Shown: one piece after another, positions 60,158 to 64,000 of the stretch
Numbering within the stretch: position 1 is the first letter of the stretch
Layout of the letters: the number at the start of each line of letters is the position of its first letter
From: Selaginella moellendorffii
Lineage: Eukaryota; Plantae; Lycopodiophyta
Direction of reading: 5' to 3'
NCBI RefSeq assembly: GCF_000143415.4
Contig: NW_003314292.1
Span: forward strand, 612,069 to 676,068
Length of the DNA: 64,000 nucleotides
Made by a program: the position numbers and the translations under genes
Notes under the pieces: generated by a model
The model's input: only the letters and a program-made list of their open reading frames with translations
Told to the model about the DNA's origin: nothing
Databases searched by the model: none

Positions 60158-61600
60158 ATGCGCGTCCAAGAGCTGGCCGCCCTTGTCAGATCTTACGACA
60201 ATCCCAGCGATGGCCGCCCCACGCTCAGATCCTTCACAGCGACCACAATAACAGCGTCTTCCTGCGAAATCTCCTCGTCCAGATGTATGGCCGCTGCGGC
60301 TGCCTGGAGGAAGCGCGATCGGTCTTCGATTCTACCTCAGATCGCAATCTCTTCTCTTGGAATCTCATCCTCCAGGCCTACAATCCCAACCATGACCTGG
60401 AGCAGGCGTGATCGGTCCTGGAAAGCATGCCGCGGCAGGAGATTGTGTCCAGCAACCCCATGATCTCGGCATATGCCGCGGCCGGGGACGTGCAGCGCGC
60501 CAAGCAGCGGTTCGATCGCATCCCTGCCAGAGAATTCCATCACCTGGAACCCGATGATCGAGATGTACTCGAAGAGTGGCAATCTCGGCGAGGCGGAGGC
60601 GGTATTCCACTCCATGCCGTAGCAAACCTTCGTTTCTAGCACCGCCACGATACAAGGCCATTGCCACAACCAGGGGCTGGATGAAGCTAAAGATCTCTTT
60701 GATAGAATGCCCACAAGCACAAGGCCATGATCATAGGCCTGGGCATATGGAGAAAACAAAGATTCTCTTTATTGATGCCCCGGATCTTAATGAGGTGGCA
60801 GTTACGGCTGTACGCATGTAACGGCTCCGTGGAAGAGGCTAAATTTTTGTCTGAGAGGCTCTAAACAAAGACGTGGTGGCTTGGAACTCCATGTTTTGCG
60901 CATATGCCGCGAATGGGCATTTTGAAGAGGCACTACATTCTTTCCAAAAGATGGCTCACTGCGACGAGATCTCTTGGACGACAATGATCCATATGCTTGC
61001 CTCTAGAAACCATCTTGAAAGTTTATTTTCTGTTGGATGCCTTATGATAGCAAGACGGTGAGCACAGTGCTCCTCTTGGCCTATCTCTGGAACAGCCACC
61101 TCCAAGAAGCAATAAGCCTCTTCCAGGCGATCAAGGAGCGCAATGTGATTGCCTGGATGGCAATGGTGGCAGGCTTCACTCACAAGGGACTCCTCTTGGA
61201 AGCTCGAGTTTGGTTCAAGAGAATACCAAAATGAAATTTGGTCTCATGGACTGCAGTGGTGGCCATGTATGCTTCCATCGGGCATGTAACTGAGGCCTTG
61301 GAAAACCTTCCATAGGACTATCCAGGAGAGCATGATGCCTGATCATATTGTCTTTACAAGTGTTCTTGCGGCATGCCGCCACTTGTGTGGTGAAGATCTC
61401 TTGGGACTACTTCTAGTCAATGATTCAGGATTATGAAGTCAAGCCCATAGGACAATACTATTGTGGGCTTGTTGATGCATTTGCAAGGGCTGGAGAGTTG
61501 GGCAAGGCCAAGGAACCCATCCACAACATGCCCTTTGAGTTTGAGAGTGTTGCTTGGGTCTCGCTGTTGGTTGCTTGTTAAAAGATCCACAAGGATCTTG
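60158..61600 (+). pseudogene. PLS-class PPR pseudogene
   Basis: Fragments LVQMYGRCGCLEEARSVFD, SWNLILQAY, MISAYAAAGDVQRAK, AWNSMFCAYAANGHFEEAL, VLAACRH, with stops and frameshifts. Confidence 0.85.
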
Positions 61601-61684
61601 AGTGGGGAGCTTGAGCTGCCTAGAGACCCTCAGTGTTGGGGTCAAATTTTTATGTGTAGAATTATGGAAGTGTATTAACTATAA

Positions 61685-62090
61685 TAAAGAGGTTGAGCAT
61701 GGATGACTTTTCTAAAAGAGATGAGTGAGATATATGAGCATGGTTTTTACTCGAGAAATGAAGCTATATGTGGACAAAATTTTGGACAAGCTAGACCTAG
61801 CTGAGAATCTCTTTGCCCATTGTTTACAGAGATTCATGCTTAACCAAGGAAGTTAGAGGGAAAAAGGTTGTGAAAGATTTCTCAAAATTAAAGTAAAACC
61901 TCAAACACACAGTGATTATGAACGACAAGCCAAAGTTTTTTTGCTTGCAGCCCAACAATGGAATTGTCATCCACACGTTCAAAAACAAGAAAGGGCATAA
62001 GTATTATGAACTGAAGACGATAAGCAATCTGCTTAAAAAAATTGCAAGTATTGAAGATGTAAAACAAGCATTAGACAATAAAGAAACTCA
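61685..62090 (+). pseudogene. FCP1/NIF (CTD small phosphatase-like) domain pseudogene
   Basis: MDDF..MSEIYE, KLYVDKILDKLD, VVKDFSKL, TVIMNDKPKFFCLQPNNGIVI, spread across frameshifts. Confidence 0.7.
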
Positions 62091-62394
62091 TGTAAACTCA
62101 TGTAAACACTCTGACTATTTATGGTGTAACACTGCTCACTCTGATTCTGGCATTATTTCCCTCACGAAAACTGTCCAATAATCATAATCAGAAAAGCATA
62201 ATAGCATACATTACTTGGAGCCAATTGATAATTGTGATACTTCAGCAGCAGCATCATCCACAAAGAGCCAATTAATATACTTTTGCAGAGAGAAGCACTT
62301 TGCATTCTTCAATCTCTCTATCCTACAAAGCCTATGCCTCGATTAGTTCTGACTTATCCTTTTAGTGTGGCTCAATGAGAGTGGTACATAGTTT

Positions 62395-63035
62395 GGATAC
62401 AAAAAGCAAGTTTATCTATTTTGTTCTATCTGATACGTTTAGTGGCAAAATCGTGCTTGGCAACTATGAAATCATAGCAAATCCAAATTCCACTGCGTTG
62501 TATTACATCGGCTTGGGATCCATAAGTATCAATGGCTCGCTGACTTTTCTGGCATTCTTGCAGATGGAACTGGAGGAACGATCATTGATTCAACGTTTGC
62601 ATTCAGCTATTTCACACTAAATTTCTACACCTCTCGTGCAAGCCATACAAACCTCAACTCTAACCTTACTCAAGTATCGAGCAATGGAACTGAAGCACTG
62701 CTTGGCAATGATATTTACTACAATGTTTCCGTAAATGGTGACACACCACCACCACAAACTCTGACTTATCACTTAGAGGATGGAATACAGGTTGAATTTC
62801 GGACATGGTTTCTGCTAGATGAACATGCTGAAAATGCGACTGTGTGCTTGGACATACGTCTTCGTGTGGAAATCTTCTACAATGCAAGTTTTTCCTTTTC
62901 TTCCTCTCCTGACGTATCTCCTGCTTGTTTAAGTAAGACACCTTCAAAACTTTATCTTGTCAAGTATACAAAACCACGTCAACATAGAAAATTCAGTTAA
63001 TTCTTGGTTTGATTTGTAAACTCAAGATATATAGC
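62395..63035 (+). pseudogene. Aspartic protease C-terminal fragment, copy 2 (deletions)
   Basis: Near-identical blocks to 59025-59862, including the 3'UTR. Confidence 0.88.
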
Positions 63036-63660
63036 TCCTATTTTTTTCTTGTTTCCAACTGAGGAGATCTTGTGTAGCAATTGTGGTCTTGTTAGTAACT
63101 TTCGCAGGATGCATTCAAGGACAGCGTGCAAGGACTCCCAACAGGACGCCAATTGTCAACATTAGCCTGTTTTTGCCCTCTTCTTGCAAAAGAAGTGAAA
63201 CCTTGGAAGCCAGCTTCTTTCTCGATGCTTCACTCAGCTTCGTTGAATTTTGATTCGATTCTATATATATATTTTGATTCAGCATATATAACACTGAAGA
63301 ACGGCGAGCTGGATCATGAGAATCTGAAGAGAAAGAAGAAGCGCTATAAGAAATCATCAAGCAGCTGCCCTGGAGAACAAGGATGAATCTGATGCCAGGA
63401 AAATCAAATTGTAACGTGAGGAAGTGGTCGAGAAAACGCCCTTGAAAGAAGAAAGAGTGGTTGATCAGAGCTCGGGACTGTTGATTGGACTCTTTTAGTT
63501 ATTGCTATCATGCTAATGTGACACAAAATGGTTTTCCTTTTGGTTGATAACAGGTACATCCAATGGCCACGATTGCTTAGGGTTCTTCAAGAATATTGGA
63601 TTTTTAGGGCTTACAAAATCTTCTATGCATATTCGCATTTTAAATATAGCATATTCGATT

Positions 63661-64000
63661 CTTCATTGATTCAACGTTTGCATTCAGCTATTTCACACCA
63701 GATTCCTACACCCCTCTTGTGCAAGCCATACAAAACCTCAACTCCAACCTTACTCAAGTATTGAGCAACGAAACTGCAGCACTGCTCGGCAATGACATTT
63801 GCTACAATGTTTCTGTAAATGGTGACACACCACCACCACAAACTCGCACATAGGCTGAATTTCGGACATGGTTTCTGCTAGATGATGATGCTGAAAATGC
63901 TACCGTGTGCTTGGCTGTTGGAGACTCACAGAAGGTGGGGTTCTCACTGAGTGTTATAGGAACCTACCAGCAGCTGGATGTGGCAGTGGAGTTTGATCTG
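63661..64000 (+). pseudogene. Aspartic protease fragment, copy 3 (runs off the window)
   Basis: tcattgattcaacgtttgc... matches 59250 onward, with an internal deletion. Confidence 0.88.

Overview
Gene-dense eukaryotic DNA from a land plant with very short (~50-80 nt) introns. A PF16/SPAG6 flagellar gene, PLS-type PPR remnants and extreme compaction point to a flagellate-sperm plant, most likely the lycophyte Selaginella (inference). Apparently intact genes include a conserved secreted protein, oligopeptidase B, PurU, a BOD1/SHG1-like protein, SmF, SPAG6, dUTPase, a PHR1-like MYB-CC factor, FAD synthase, BASS3, a 74-aa fungal-like Tyr/Asn/Gly-rich protein, malectin kinesin-14, an F-box-associated protein, a malectin-like LRR-RLK, a plastid protein, an eIF4A-C-like protein, a 2Fe-2S protein, RAR1 and a LAX2/RAWUL protein. 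RNA genes are tRNA-Thr(AGT), tRNA-Leu(AAG) and U2 snRNA. The window also holds a young 7.5-kb non-autonomous LTR retrotransposon (TSD ATGGT) with repeat arrays in its LTRs, a ~3.7-kb tandem duplication with reciprocal gene loss, and a terminal mosaic of pseudogene fragments (aspartic protease, PPR, FCP1-type phosphatase). The best leads are: the G-box-driven fungal-like microprotein; tRNA genes 26-65 nt upstream of co-oriented mRNA start codons; protein genes only 28-29 nt apart; a duplicated intron creating a possible 17-nt poison micro-exon; and several GC-AG introns. Gene models were assembled by eye and no database search was run.
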